A stretch of 60,685 bases of DNA from NCBI GenBank assembly GCA_019313695.1, contig JAFDAS010000004.1:1-60685 (forward strand). The letters are read 5' to 3'. The DNA comes from Deltaproteobacteria bacterium (lineage in GTDB: Bacteria > Desulfobacterota > Syntrophia > Syntrophales > UBA2210). The number at the start of each line of letters is the position of its first letter. Position 1 is the stretch's first letter. Both the position numbers and the translations under genes were made by a program. Below the pieces are notes generated by a model. The model had not been told where the DNA came from. It made no database searches and worked only from the letters and a program-made list of their open reading frames with translations. Below, piece by piece: positions 8,292 to 17,600 of this stretch.

Positions 8292-9341
8292 TTACCAGAA
8301 TACGGATTCTTCTATTGCCTTTAAGAGCCTCTTTATATCTTCAGGATAAATGTCGCCAATGTTTCCGATCCTGAACGTATCGAGCTTTGTCACTTTGCCC
8401 GGATAGATAACGAAACCCCTCGCTTTCAGTTTGTCATAGAAGTCCTTGAAATTATATTTTTCACTTTCAGGACTGTAGAAGGATGTAATAATCGGTGACT
8501 GGAACTCGTCGGGCAGAAGAGTTTTGAAACCAAGCCTTCTCATACCTTCGACCAGGATCCTCTGGCTGGAGCTGTATCGCTCGTGTCTCTTTTCAATTCC
8601 GCCTTCCTCTTCCAGTTCCAGCATCGCCTGGTAAAAGGCCCTTACAACGTGAGTGGGAGAGGTGTACCGCCACTTGCCTCCGTCCGCTTCCATCATCTGC
8701 CACTGATCATAGAGATCAAGGGAGAGCGAACGGGCGTAGCCCTTTATCTTCGTCATTTCCTTTTTCCTGGCGATGATAAAACCAAAGCCCGGAACTCCCT
8801 GGATACATTTGTTTGAGCTTCCAACGCAGTAGTCGATGTTCAGGTCGGAAATATCCATGGGGACTCCACCAAAACTACTTATGGTGTCGGAAAAGTATAC
8901 CCTCCCGTGCTTTTTGACTATCTCGCCTATCTTATCTATGGGATTGATCATGCCCGTAGTCGTTTCACAGTGTACAACGGCAACGTGAGTTATATCCCTG
9001 TCTTCCTTCAGGGTTGACTCAAGCTTTTCCAGGTCGGGCTTTGCCAGTTCCCCGCTGTTATGAACGACGGTGTTTATCTTGAGGGTTTTAGAGATCAGGG
9101 CGATCCTGTCTCCGTAGGCGCCGTTTGCGAGGACGAGAAGCTTACCCTCGGGAGGGATTATGGAACCGATAATCGATTCAACGGAAAAGGTGCCGCTACC
9201 CTGCATAAGAGTGATTGTGTATTCTTCAGTTTTCTTCGTGGCCAGCGCGAGGAGCTTTGCCCGCAAATCTTCCACCAGGGTCTTGTAATCATCGTCCCAG
9301 GTGCACCAGTCTCTCAGCATAACGGCCTTTATTGTATCCAT
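8292..9341 (-). CDS. phnW: 2-aminoethylphosphonate--pyruvate transaminase-like (PhnW-type class V aminotransferase, short N-terminus)
   Basis: [12 protein letters not shown] and [19 protein letters not shown] are signature stretches of PhnW. AGGAGG RBS lies directly upstream. An in-frame stop 14 codons upstream excludes a longer N-terminus. Confidence 0.75.
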   Translation of the reverse strand: MDTIKAVMLRDWCTWDDDYKTLVEDLRAKLLALATKKTEEYTITLMQGSGTFSVESIIGSIIPPEGKLLVLANGAYGDRIALISKTLKINTVVHNSGELAKPDLEKLESTLKEDRDITHVAVVHCETTTGMINPIDKIGEIVKKHGRVYFSDTISSFGGVPMDISDLNIDYCVGSSNKCIQGVPGFGFIIARKKEMTKIKGYARSLSLDLYDQWQMMEADGGKWRYTSPTHVVRAFYQAMLELEEEGGIEKRHERYSSSQRILVEGMRRLGFKTLLPDEFQSPIITSFYSPESEKYNFKDFYDKLKARGFVIYPGKVTKLDTFRIGNIGDIYPEDIKRLLKAIEESVFW

Positions 9342-9516
9342 GGCACGCCTCCTTGATTTGGTATTTCTACTGACACTTAGTTAATACACCCGCTCTCACT
9401 GTGGGTGGTTATTGAAACTTATTTATTACACGCCAGATGATGCCGGATTAACCCTGAAACATAATGAACGATTGTAGCTGCTTTTTTATGGTATGAAATC
9501 ATATAGCCGTAGAAAT

Positions 9517-9541
9517 ATAAGTCAAACTAATAATAATCATG
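9517..9541 (-). promoter_or_regulatory. 25-nt shared leader box, copy 1 (CATGATTATTATTAGTTTGACTTAT)
   Basis: Read on the minus strand, 175 nt upstream of the phnW-like ATG. A possible sigma70 promoter is TTGACT-N16-TATGAT. Near-identical copies lie at 15252-15276 and 31068-31092. Confidence 0.55.
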
Positions 9542-9561
9542 GCTATAATAACTATATGTCA

Positions 9562-10809
9562 TTATGAAAATCCATAGGCCCGCTGTTTACTCTCGGGTAT
9601 AAGCAAAACAGCTAAGATGCCCAGCGCCGCCAGAAAACTAAGCAGAAAAAAGACTGATGCATATGATCCGAAGGTGTCGATAAGAATACCTGTCAGAAAC
9701 ATGGCGCACATGCTCCCCAGATGTCCTCCTGCCTCAAGAAAGCCGGACGCGGTTCCTGTGAGATCTGGTGAAAGTATATCCAGTTCCAGCGCGAAGAAAA
9801 GAGTCCCTATGGTCTGGTCGAAGAAACCGACGCCTGCTATGAGCATGAGTACGATAATTAAGTGGTCGGAAAGGGCCAGAAGGGCGGTGAATATGAGGAT
9901 CATGAATAATCCCACCAGGATAACGGGCTTCCTTTTCCCCTTGAGGGTGATGTCCGACAGATAGCCACCCAGAGGTCGCGCTATTATGCCCATAAGAGGA
10001 TAGATGCCCGCGCAGAGACCGGCCGAAACGACACTGAGGCCGTGGAATTCGTAGAGATACAAGGGGAGCCATATGAGGTTGCAGTAAGTTATATAGCTCA
10101 GACAGGAAAATCCCAGGCAGGCCATTCTCGTGGGTCCATTTGAGATGACGGCAAAGAGCCTGTTTTTTCTTTGTAAAGATACACCGTCTGGTTCCTCGTC
10201 GGGGTTGTCCCGCCCGATAATTATGCCGGACTCGTCAGGATGATCAGTTGCAAGAAGCCGGAAAATAACAAGACCGGGAAGCATAATAAGGGGCGATATT
10301 ATGAATACGATTCTCCAGCCGAATCTGTGGCCAACATAACCTGAAAGCAGATAGGCAAGAACGGTGAAAACGGATGTACAGGTGCAGAATATTCCAAGGG
10401 CACGCCCTCTTTCGGAAGCTGGAAACCAGTTGTTGAGGAGCTTGATGCTCGGGCTGAAGCCACAACCCTGTCCGAGGCCGTTTACGCTCTGGAGGCCTAT
10501 GAGGAATCCAAGCCCTGTTCCGGCGCTGAAGAGTGCATTCGCCAGGGATGACAAAAAGCCCCCGGTGACGATAATCTTTCTGGGACCGAAAATGTCGCTC
10601 AGATATCCCGCGGGGAGTTGGGCTATGGTGTAGAAGGCAAAAAAAGCGGTGCTGATGAGACCGATCTGGGTGTGCGTAAGATGCAGATCCCTCATCATTA
10701 AGGGAATAACCGGTGCCAGGTTAAGTCTGTTAAGGTAATAGCATCCGTAAACGAGCCAGAGAACAGCCAGTACCTTGTAACGGGGATGATATTGGAGTTT
10801 TGAGAACAT
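9562..10809 (-). CDS. MFS transporter
   Basis: About 12 predicted TM segments with MFS-like loops (YLNRLNLAPV, GYLSDIFGPRK). Start is uncertain: ATG 10809 is preferred over TTG 10863. Confidence 0.75.
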   Translation of the reverse strand: MFSKLQYHPRYKVLAVLWLVYGCYYLNRLNLAPVIPLMMRDLHLTHTQIGLISTAFFAFYTIAQLPAGYLSDIFGPRKIIVTGGFLSSLANALFSAGTGLGFLIGLQSVNGLGQGCGFSPSIKLLNNWFPASERGRALGIFCTCTSVFTVLAYLLSGYVGHRFGWRIVFIISPLIMLPGLVIFRLLATDHPDESGIIIGRDNPDEEPDGVSLQRKNRLFAVISNGPTRMACLGFSCLSYITYCNLIWLPLYLYEFHGLSVVSAGLCAGIYPLMGIIARPLGGYLSDITLKGKRKPVILVGLFMILIFTALLALSDHLIIVLMLIAGVGFFDQTIGTLFFALELDILSPDLTGTASGFLEAGGHLGSMCAMFLTGILIDTFGSYASVFFLLSFLAALGILAVLLIPESKQRAYGFS

Positions 10810-10958
10810 GTATATTTCAGTACAAATAAAGCCCGGATATGTAAAGCCGAAAATCCAATTCAACCCATCTGCTGGCAGAGCCGGTTGATCCTCAATGATT
10901 CAGGTGGCAACGGGAACCGATCCCGGCATCTCACGAAGGACGGAACATTTCGGCATTT

Positions 10959-11615
10959 TTAGTTGTCTGAGTCTAACAGACGAAGCAATTCGCTGGAGGC
11001 GTCCAGGATTGTATCATATATTCCATGGGCTCCGGAAAAATCGCCATCCATTGTCAGTCTGTTTGGGACTACCATGCATCTGATCCCGGCCGCGATTGCA
11101 GCCCTGAGGCCGCGTTCCGAATCCTCCACGATGATGCAGCGCTCTTTTTTGAAACCGTTTTTCCTAATCGCAGTGAGAAAGGGATCGGGGTCCGGTTTGG
11201 AACGTTCGTAGTCCTCCCGGGTCAACACGAAATTAAAATATGGCAAGAGTCCCGTGGCGGCATGAATAATGTCAAAGTGTTCCCTCCGGGAACTCGTTAC
11301 CACGCCCATGGACACCCTGCCCTGTAACATGCGGAGCGTATGCTCAACACCGTCTATCGGCCGAACACCGCTCCGCAGCAGGTTGCCATAGAGAAGATTG
11401 CGTTTCTGTTGGAGACGAGAAATCTTCTCCGCTGTTATGCCCCTTTCGGCGGCAAGGTCGAAGGAGCTGCGACCCTGCTTCAGGGAAATTGTCTTGAACA
11501 GTTCCTCGGTCAGTTCGACTCCCGTTTCGGAAAGAGCCTCTTTCGTTGATTCATAGTACAGTCTTTCCGTATCGACGAGGACACCGTCGTTGTCCCACAG
11601 GATCGCTTCCAGCAT
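10959..11615 (-). CDS. HAD-IA family hydrolase
   Basis: ILWDNDGVLVDTE (motif I) and VVEDSERGLRAAIAAG (motif IV). The PhnX-type DWAGT motif is absent. Confidence 0.8.
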   Translation of the reverse strand: MLEAILWDNDGVLVDTERLYYESTKEALSETGVELTEELFKTISLKQGRSSFDLAAERGITAEKISRLQQKRNLLYGNLLRSGVRPIDGVEHTLRMLQGRVSMGVVTSSRREHFDIIHAATGLLPYFNFVLTREDYERSKPDPDPFLTAIRKNGFKKERCIIVEDSERGLRAAIAAGIRCMVVPNRLTMDGDFSGAHGIYDTILDASSELLRLLDSDN

Positions 11616-11633
11616 GTGTAACCGTCGCTTTCC

Positions 11634-13025
11634 TTAATCTCTGCCCCACTTGTTCAGATAACTGCCTAAAAGTTCCTCCTCAGTGGGAACATGATAGTTC
11701 TCAATTGGCTGAGCGAGATTAGTATAATTCAGAAAGTGCTTCCAGTTCACGTTAGTGCTGGAGATGTTGCCGGCCCATGTGCCACACCCGAGGGTATCGG
11801 TAAATGGATTACCGCTGAACCAGGCGCCGCTGTTTGCCGCCCCGTGAGGCATATTGCAACAGACTCTTCCCACGTTTGCCTTGATGGCGAGCTCCATCAT
11901 CCTGTCCTGACGGGTGGAATGAATCGCTATCGAATGTCCCTCACCTGAGAACTTGTGCATCTTTTTCGCCCGTTCCACCATCTCGCTGAAATCCGTCCAT
12001 TTCCATATGGTGAGAACGAGGGATATCTTTTCTCCGGAGAATCTGTCTTCAGAACCAATCTTTTCTCCCATAACCATAAGACACCGTGTACCATCCGGGA
12101 TATTAATATCAGACATCTTTGCAGGATACTCGACTGGTCTTGCCACACAGTCGCGGTTCAATACTGTTCCATCCGGCCACATCCATTTACGAAGTCTTTC
12201 GCGCTCTTCAGTGGCGCAGAGATAGCCGCCCTCTTCTTTGAGGCACTCCATCATCTCGTCAAAAACACTCTCTTGAATGGCAACAGCGTTTTCCGATGAA
12301 CAGGACGCTGCATTGTTGGCACATTTCGACATCATTATCTTGTTGGCGGCAGCCTTGAGATCGGCCGTGGAATCAATAATCGAAATGACATTGCCCGCGC
12401 CGACCGTTTGGGCCGGTTTGCCCGCCTCATAGACAACCTTGATCAGTGCCGCTCCGCCTGTGGCAACCGCATAGTCGCAACTTGCCATGAGTTTCTGCGT
12501 CTTCTCGTTGGTAGGATGCTTAATGCACTGCATCAGATCCTCCGGGGCGCCAATTTTTTTCAGGGCCTTCCTGCCGAGTTCGACAGTCTTGTATGAGCTC
12601 TGCGGTGTCCTGGGATGAGGAGACACGATCTGGGCGTTTCTCGTTTTCAGCATGCTGAGACCGAGGGCGCAGATTGTGGATTCGGGGTTCGTACAGGGCA
12701 CAACGTTCGCGATGACACCGATGGGTTTGGCCAGGATCTTGAGATTTTTTTCAGGTATATCTTCTATTACGCCGCAGGTCTTTACGCCTTTCTGGTCCCA
12801 GAGCGTGCCGAGACATTTGTCCTTTATCTTGTTTACCTTGTCCTCATAGCGGCCGATTCCGGATTCATCGACAGAAAGGCGCGCAAGGAGTTTCCTGTTC
12901 TCCTCCTTCTGCCATTCCCAGGCTGCCGCCTGGCACATCTCGTCGACCTTTTCCTGTGGCCAGAACTCTATGGTTTCAAAGGCCTTTCGTGCCCTTTCAT
13001 ACATCTCTTGAATGTTGTCTTCCAT
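11634..13025 (-). CDS. CoA-acylating aldehyde dehydrogenase (SucD/SauS/EutE-like)
   Basis: 463 aa. TVGAGNVISIID and NNAASCSSENA (catalytic Cys) resemble acylating ALDHs. The ELGGK general-base motif of non-acylating ALDHs was not seen. GGAGG RBS. Confidence 0.75.
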   Translation of the reverse strand: MEDNIQEMYERARKAFETIEFWPQEKVDEMCQAAAWEWQKEENRKLLARLSVDESGIGRYEDKVNKIKDKCLGTLWDQKGVKTCGVIEDIPEKNLKILAKPIGVIANVVPCTNPESTICALGLSMLKTRNAQIVSPHPRTPQSSYKTVELGRKALKKIGAPEDLMQCIKHPTNEKTQKLMASCDYAVATGGAALIKVVYEAGKPAQTVGAGNVISIIDSTADLKAAANKIMMSKCANNAASCSSENAVAIQESVFDEMMECLKEEGGYLCATEERERLRKWMWPDGTVLNRDCVARPVEYPAKMSDINIPDGTRCLMVMGEKIGSEDRFSGEKISLVLTIWKWTDFSEMVERAKKMHKFSGEGHSIAIHSTRQDRMMELAIKANVGRVCCNMPHGAANSGAWFSGNPFTDTLGCGTWAGNISSTNVNWKHFLNYTNLAQPIENYHVPTEEELLGSYLNKWGRD

Positions 13026-13057
13026 GATATTTTTTTACCTCCGAATAAAAGTATTAA

Positions 13058-13093
13058 AGATACGGCCGGCGGCTCACGCCTTCGGCCGTATCT
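13058..13093 (-). terminator. strong intercistronic stem-loop (attenuator, terminator or processing site)
   Basis: Perfect 11-bp stem AGATACGGCCG / CGGCCGTATCT with a 14-nt loop. A T-rich tract follows on the minus strand. Confidence 0.45.
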
Positions 13094-13164
13094 TATAAGT
13101 GACACTGCCGTAACTCAGTACGGAATCATTCCCGTATGGAGAAATCGCCCACCTTTGCGTTCAA

Positions 13165-14187
13165 TTACTTTTTCTCCTGTTTTTTCAAATAGTCAAGAGG
13201 ATCAACGATATCTTCAATGATCCGCCAGCCCGTTCCGTACATATTCTGTTTTTCTTCGAAGCCCTTCTTCCATTCTTCGGGCGTCTTATACTCGACGGCA
13301 GAGGCAAATTTCTTCCTTTCCTCAAGAGAGGGCACGGACCGATCTTCCGGGCCGTCATAGTCCTCCTTCGGGGTAAGGTCTTCACCGAATCTCCGTTGAG
13401 GCTCTCTCTCCACCTCTTCACACCAGTGAGCGCCGGCATCAAAGGCCCTGGTAATCGCTAAAATGATCCATGTGGCGTCAGGGGAAAATTCCAGGTCCAT
13501 CATGGTGGCTCCGATGGCTCCGAGAAGATCGAGGTCTACGGGCTTGTCGCTGAGCTTCTGGACTGCCGCCACAATTTCCTTCATGAAGGCAATGTATTTG
13601 CCGTCAACTCCCAGTTTTTCGGCCCGGGCGAGGGTCCTTTTGGCGGCGGGGTCCCTAAGCATCAAGTCGGAGACGCCGAGGTGAACCGCGTCAAGATTTT
13701 CCCTTGCAAGCAATTCGGCAACTTCCGCGGTGGATTTTCCCTCTTTCTCCGCCATGGCGAGATACTTGTCGAGCATCTTGCCAAAGGCATCAAACGCTCC
13801 GTACGAATGCCCAAAAGCCAGAATAGAAGCGCCGCATGCCTGGGTAAGGAGGGTGGTGCTGCTTCCCGTGATCCTTGCAATTTCCGCGGGTGAAGACAGG
13901 CCGTCATCAAGAGAAAGGATCATAACGTAGTTCAGCATCTGCGTTTCTTCTATAAGGGGAATCCTGGCCTGGAAGTCAATGAAGATAATATCCGCGAGGC
14001 CGTATCCCTGCTCGACAAGTTCCGTCGTGTCATAGCCCCTTGTCACAATGCTGTGAACGTTTTTGTAGGCAACCTCGGAGACCCACTGAAAAGGGGCTCG
14101 TGTTTTATCCTGAGGGACAGTGCCCCGTTCCCTCTTTGAATAATCGTAATTTAATCTTGGATCATCTAAATTACCTATAACGCCCAT
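13165..14187 (-). CDS. citrate synthase / citryl-CoA lyase-fold protein, degenerate subunit
   Basis: VTRGYDTTELVEQG..., LSLDDGLSSPAE, AFGHSYGAF and LMLRDPAAK align by eye to citrate-synthase blocks (DHE..S, HGGA, GFGHRVY..DPR), with catalytic positions substituted. GGAAGGAG RBS lies 9 nt before ATG 14187. Confidence 0.65.
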   Translation of the reverse strand: MGVIGNLDDPRLNYDYSKRERGTVPQDKTRAPFQWVSEVAYKNVHSIVTRGYDTTELVEQGYGLADIIFIDFQARIPLIEETQMLNYVMILSLDDGLSSPAEIARITGSSTTLLTQACGASILAFGHSYGAFDAFGKMLDKYLAMAEKEGKSTAEVAELLARENLDAVHLGVSDLMLRDPAAKRTLARAEKLGVDGKYIAFMKEIVAAVQKLSDKPVDLDLLGAIGATMMDLEFSPDATWIILAITRAFDAGAHWCEEVEREPQRRFGEDLTPKEDYDGPEDRSVPSLEERKKFASAVEYKTPEEWKKGFEEKQNMYGTGWRIIEDIVDPLDYLKKQEKK

Positions 14188-15071
14188 TTTTTCCACTCTC
14201 CTTCCTCTTTCTGTTTTTTCGCGTATTCCTGTCTCTCTGCCTGGCTTGGAACCTCTCTGTCCTCGGGACCAACGTATTTTATCATGGAGAGATCCAGCAT
14301 CTGTACCATAGGTTCACTTTTCGACGCGGCCCAGGCGCGGCCTTTCTTCACCTGGTAGAGGGCATGAGCAGCGCAGCTGTATCCCCTGGTGACGCATCCG
14401 ATACACCAGGCGGCATTGGGTGCAAATCCTATCTCGGCAAGGGCGGTATTTCCCGCTCCGATCATATTGACGGATACATAGGATTTACCCTCTTTTTTCC
14501 TCCGCTCATTGAAATGCTTCTCTATCGACCTTTGAAGTTCCAGGTAGACGCCGTTTATACCCAGCTGTTCGTGCTTGATATGCGTCGGCTCCGCCCTGGG
14601 GTCTCCGTCGAGATGCTGGGGCTGTCCCATGCCCATGACAGCGAGACCGGCATCCATGTGCTCATCAACGAGGATCTTGCCCATCTCTTCCAGGGATATG
14701 CCCTCAACGCGGGCACGTTCGATGTACTTATGCATCATATATCCGTGAGCAGCTCCCGGTCCATGGGCGCCACCGAAGGTCATAACAGCGGCCGCGGCAG
14801 CGGCCGGAATGTTGGGTCTTCCACTGATTACCCCGAAAGCTGATGCCGCCGAGGGTGACATGGAATGTTCCAGAAATTCTCCCATTTCATACTCGAGCAT
14901 CTTTTCCTCTTCCTCGGTTGGAAGCCTCTGTTGGAACAGGACAAACATGGCGTCACAAAAGGTATATCCGGCCTCCGCCAGATCGCTTACATTGTAGCCA
15001 CGTAAGACGGTCTTTTCTTCTGTCTTGTAGGAAATCGATGTCTTCCTGCGGAAGAACGGTTCTCTGCTCAT
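14175..15071 (-). CDS. citrate synthase / citryl-CoA lyase-fold protein, less degenerate subunit
   Basis: VLRGYNVSDLAEAG, EHSMSPSAAS, TFGGAHGPGA and GMGQPQHLDGDPRA match citrate-synthase-family blocks. GGAGG RBS. It overlaps the downstream partner by 13 nt. Confidence 0.7.
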   Translation of the reverse strand: MSREPFFRRKTSISYKTEEKTVLRGYNVSDLAEAGYTFCDAMFVLFQQRLPTEEEEKMLEYEMGEFLEHSMSPSAASAFGVISGRPNIPAAAAAAVMTFGGAHGPGAAHGYMMHKYIERARVEGISLEEMGKILVDEHMDAGLAVMGMGQPQHLDGDPRAEPTHIKHEQLGINGVYLELQRSIEKHFNERRKKEGKSYVSVNMIGAGNTALAEIGFAPNAAWCIGCVTRGYSCAAHALYQVKKGRAWAASKSEPMVQMLDLSMIKYVGPEDREVPSQAERQEYAKKQKEEGEWKKWAL

Positions 15072-15251
15072 TGTTACTCCTCCTTTTATGGTGTTTTCTT
15101 TTTGTTAAAGCATCAGGAGCAAACACGACCCCTTTACCCCTGACATTAACTACCTGTAATATATGTATATAAGCACTTATGTGCTCCCATACCCTGAACT
15201 GTTATTACCGTTCCGCTGACACGATTGGCACATATTAAAGAAACCTCATAT

Positions 15252-15276
15252 ATAAATCAAGCTAATAATAATCATG
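15252..15276 (-). promoter_or_regulatory. 25-nt shared leader box, copy 2 (CATGATTATTATTAGCTTGATTTAT)
   Basis: 181 nt upstream of ATG 15071. 23/25 identical to copy 1. A possible -10 TAATAT lies 17 nt after TTGATT. Confidence 0.55.
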
Positions 15277-15304
15277 ATATTCATTGCTATTTGTTATTAT
15301 CTTA

Positions 15305-16174
15305 TCAACTTATCCCTATGAAAATTACTCCCAGTGCGATGATAAAAGATCCCGTCAATTTCTGCATGGCATGTTTCTCTTTGAACCAGACAAGGCCGTA
15401 AATTGTCGACAGCACAATACTAAGTTCACGGACGGCAACAACATAACTCACATTGCTCATACGAAACGCAAAGAGAATCATCATGTACGTCAGGAGCACA
15501 AGAACTCCCACGGCAAGTATATTGTTTCGATTGCAACGCCACTCCTTTCTCAGTTCCTCTCTTTTCTTTATCAGCACATAGGGCGACAAAGACGTCACGA
15601 CAATCAACAACATGAAATATATGTACAAAGGCGGCTCCACAAAACCCACGCCTACCTTATCGACAAGTGAATAGGCTGCAATCGTAAGGCCTGTCATGAT
15701 CGACCAGGATGACGCACCATGCTTCACTGCGCGAAAAGGTTCCACGAAAGAATCGAATGCAAAGGATCTCAGGTGAATCACATATATCCCAGACACAACC
15801 AACGCGATGCCAAGAGCCCCCATCGGATAAATTTTTTCGTGCAGAAACAATACTGCCATCACCGGCACCAAAAGCGGTCCCGAACCCCTGGAAATGGGAT
15901 AGACCAGCGAGAGGTCGCCACGCTCGTATGCGCCGCACATAAAGATGTAATAAAGAACATGGAGCAGTCCCGTTGCCGCAATACACAACCATCCTTCCAT
16001 TGGTATGTCAGCGCGAAACCAATAGTAAAAAAACATCGGAGAATAAAAGACCAGCGACACTACCAAAAACGCCCAGCTGTAGGTGAGCTTATCGAGGCTT
16101 TTTTTCAGAAAATAATTCCACCCGGAATGTAAAAAAGCCGCCACTATCACTATCACAAGAGCAATATCACTCAC
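15305..16174 (-). CDS. EamA/DMT-family transporter
   Basis: 289 aa with ~10 TM segments and a two-EamA-repeat architecture. Confidence 0.75.
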   Translation of the reverse strand: MSDIALVIVIVAAFLHSGWNYFLKKSLDKLTYSWAFLVVSLVFYSPMFFYYWFRADIPMEGWLCIAATGLLHVLYYIFMCGAYERGDLSLVYPISRGSGPLLVPVMAVLFLHEKIYPMGALGIALVVSGIYVIHLRSFAFDSFVEPFRAVKHGASSWSIMTGLTIAAYSLVDKVGVGFVEPPLYIYFMLLIVVTSLSPYVLIKKREELRKEWRCNRNNILAVGVLVLLTYMMILFAFRMSNVSYVVAVRELSIVLSTIYGLVWFKEKHAMQKLTGSFIIALGVIFIGIS

Positions 16175-16225
16175 CTGAAAACTCCAGTACTTCCATGCGC
16201 TTCCGCCCGCACTGATTTTAAATCT

Positions 16226-16245
16226 CCCCGTGGCACGCTACGGGG
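16226..16245. repeat. GC-rich REP-like hairpin
   Basis: CCCCGT-GGCACGCT-ACGGGG. Confidence 0.5.
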
Positions 16246-16471
16246 CATATCCCTCTCTGCAACTCAATAAAGCACCGGAATTTCTCTTTCTTCTTTCCGG
16301 GGTGAATGGCACTAAGAAGAACAACCTTGGAAATCGGCGCTCAGTTATGTGCTGACAGTTCGATATGCTTTCGGCATCTGTTCCCTGTGACTTTCATTTC
16401 GCCTGTACGGCTCGAAGCCAATATCATATGCACACAGGAATAGTTTTTTTACTCTTGCACCACCAGTTTTC

Positions 16472-17566
16472 TCACATAATGACGGCAACACGTACCGCTT
16501 CGCCCGATTCCGCGATTCTAAGGCCTTTGTTGATATCGTCCAGGCTTATCCTGTGCGTGACAATTTCCCTGAAGGGGAAATCCTTCTGTCTCATCTCCAG
16601 GAGGTCAAGTCCCGCCTTCAGGTGTCTGGCGTCATAATTGTGAATTCCCCTGATGGTGAGTCTTCTGAATATGATGTCGCAGGCATCATAGGTGAAGTCG
16701 GCTCCGGGGAAAGCGCAACCCACTTCGACAAACCGCCCTCCGATACGGAGGCACTTCAATCCAAGAGGAATAAGACCAGGCACACCCGCCACTTCCATGG
16801 CGCAATCGACTCCGTGATCGTCCGTAAGACTTTTGATCGCATCGACGATTTCGTCGTCTTTCATATTCCGTACGTTTATGGTATCAGTTGCGCCGAACCG
16901 TTTTATAAAATCCAATCGATGATCCAATATATCGGTAACGATAATTTTTCTGCACCCGTAATGCGATGCCAGCGCAGAGGCATAAAATCCGAGCGCGCCT
17001 GCCCCCTGAATCAACACGTTTTCAAAGGGTTTGACTTCGGCCGCCTCCCACGCGGCAATGACCGTTCCCAGCGCGCAATTCGCTGGTGCGACTTCCTCAT
17101 CAGTGAGCGAATCCGGCACTTTAAACACACATGTCCCCGGTGTAATGTAGCAGTACTCGGCAAAGCCTCCCTTAAAATGGGGAGGGGTTTCACAACTGTC
17201 GTGACCGTACTTTTTCAGATTTTGGCATTTCATGGGCAGGCCTTTATCACGGCAGTAGTAACATTTTCCGCAGTTGTCCATGATGGTCCAGGTAACCCTG
17301 TCGCCCACTCGCAGGGATCTGTCAGCGCTGTCATGCGTCACCCCCCTGCCAAGTTCCACAATCTTTCCGACAATTTCATGGCCGAGAATAATTGGGACAG
17401 GCGCGGGTCTGTGGCCCAGCCATGAATGAACATCCGAGCCGCAGATAGTGCAGCAGGTTATCTTAACAAGGATACATCCCTTTTCTACCTCAGGTAAGGG
17501 ATATTCTATGAATTCAAGGTCCTTTTTCTGGGCCGTCATCACGGCGGCTCTTCCCATCTTGGTCAT
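16472..17566 (-). CDS. zinc-dependent medium-chain alcohol dehydrogenase
   Basis: CGSDVHSWLGH...GHEIVG (catalytic Zn), CGKCYYCRDKGLPMKC (structural Zn) and GAGALG (NAD). It resembles the clade described as phosphonate-catabolism-associated ADH; this was not verified. Confidence 0.85.
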   Translation of the reverse strand: MTKMGRAAVMTAQKKDLEFIEYPLPEVEKGCILVKITCCTICGSDVHSWLGHRPAPVPIILGHEIVGKIVELGRGVTHDSADRSLRVGDRVTWTIMDNCGKCYYCRDKGLPMKCQNLKKYGHDSCETPPHFKGGFAEYCYITPGTCVFKVPDSLTDEEVAPANCALGTVIAAWEAAEVKPFENVLIQGAGALGFYASALASHYGCRKIIVTDILDHRLDFIKRFGATDTINVRNMKDDEIVDAIKSLTDDHGVDCAMEVAGVPGLIPLGLKCLRIGGRFVEVGCAFPGADFTYDACDIIFRRLTIRGIHNYDARHLKAGLDLLEMRQKDFPFREIVTHRISLDDINKGLRIAESGEAVRVAVIM

Positions 17567-17600
17567 CTTTATACCTCAATAAACGGATGGTAAATATTCA

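Noticed and set aside
12615-13220. 201-aa plus-strand ORF spanning the ALDH 5' end and the intergenic hairpin
   Set aside because: It is antisense to the ALDH gene and crosses a non-coding stem-loop. There is no family signal.
16226-16245. TGGCAC at 16231 as a sigma-54 -24 element
   Set aside because: No TTGC -12 element lies at the correct spacing, and the TGGCAC is the loop of a REP-like hairpin.
16553-17425. 290-aa ORF on the plus strand
   Set aside because: It is antisense to the Zn-ADH gene. It has no motifs and is a shadow ORF.
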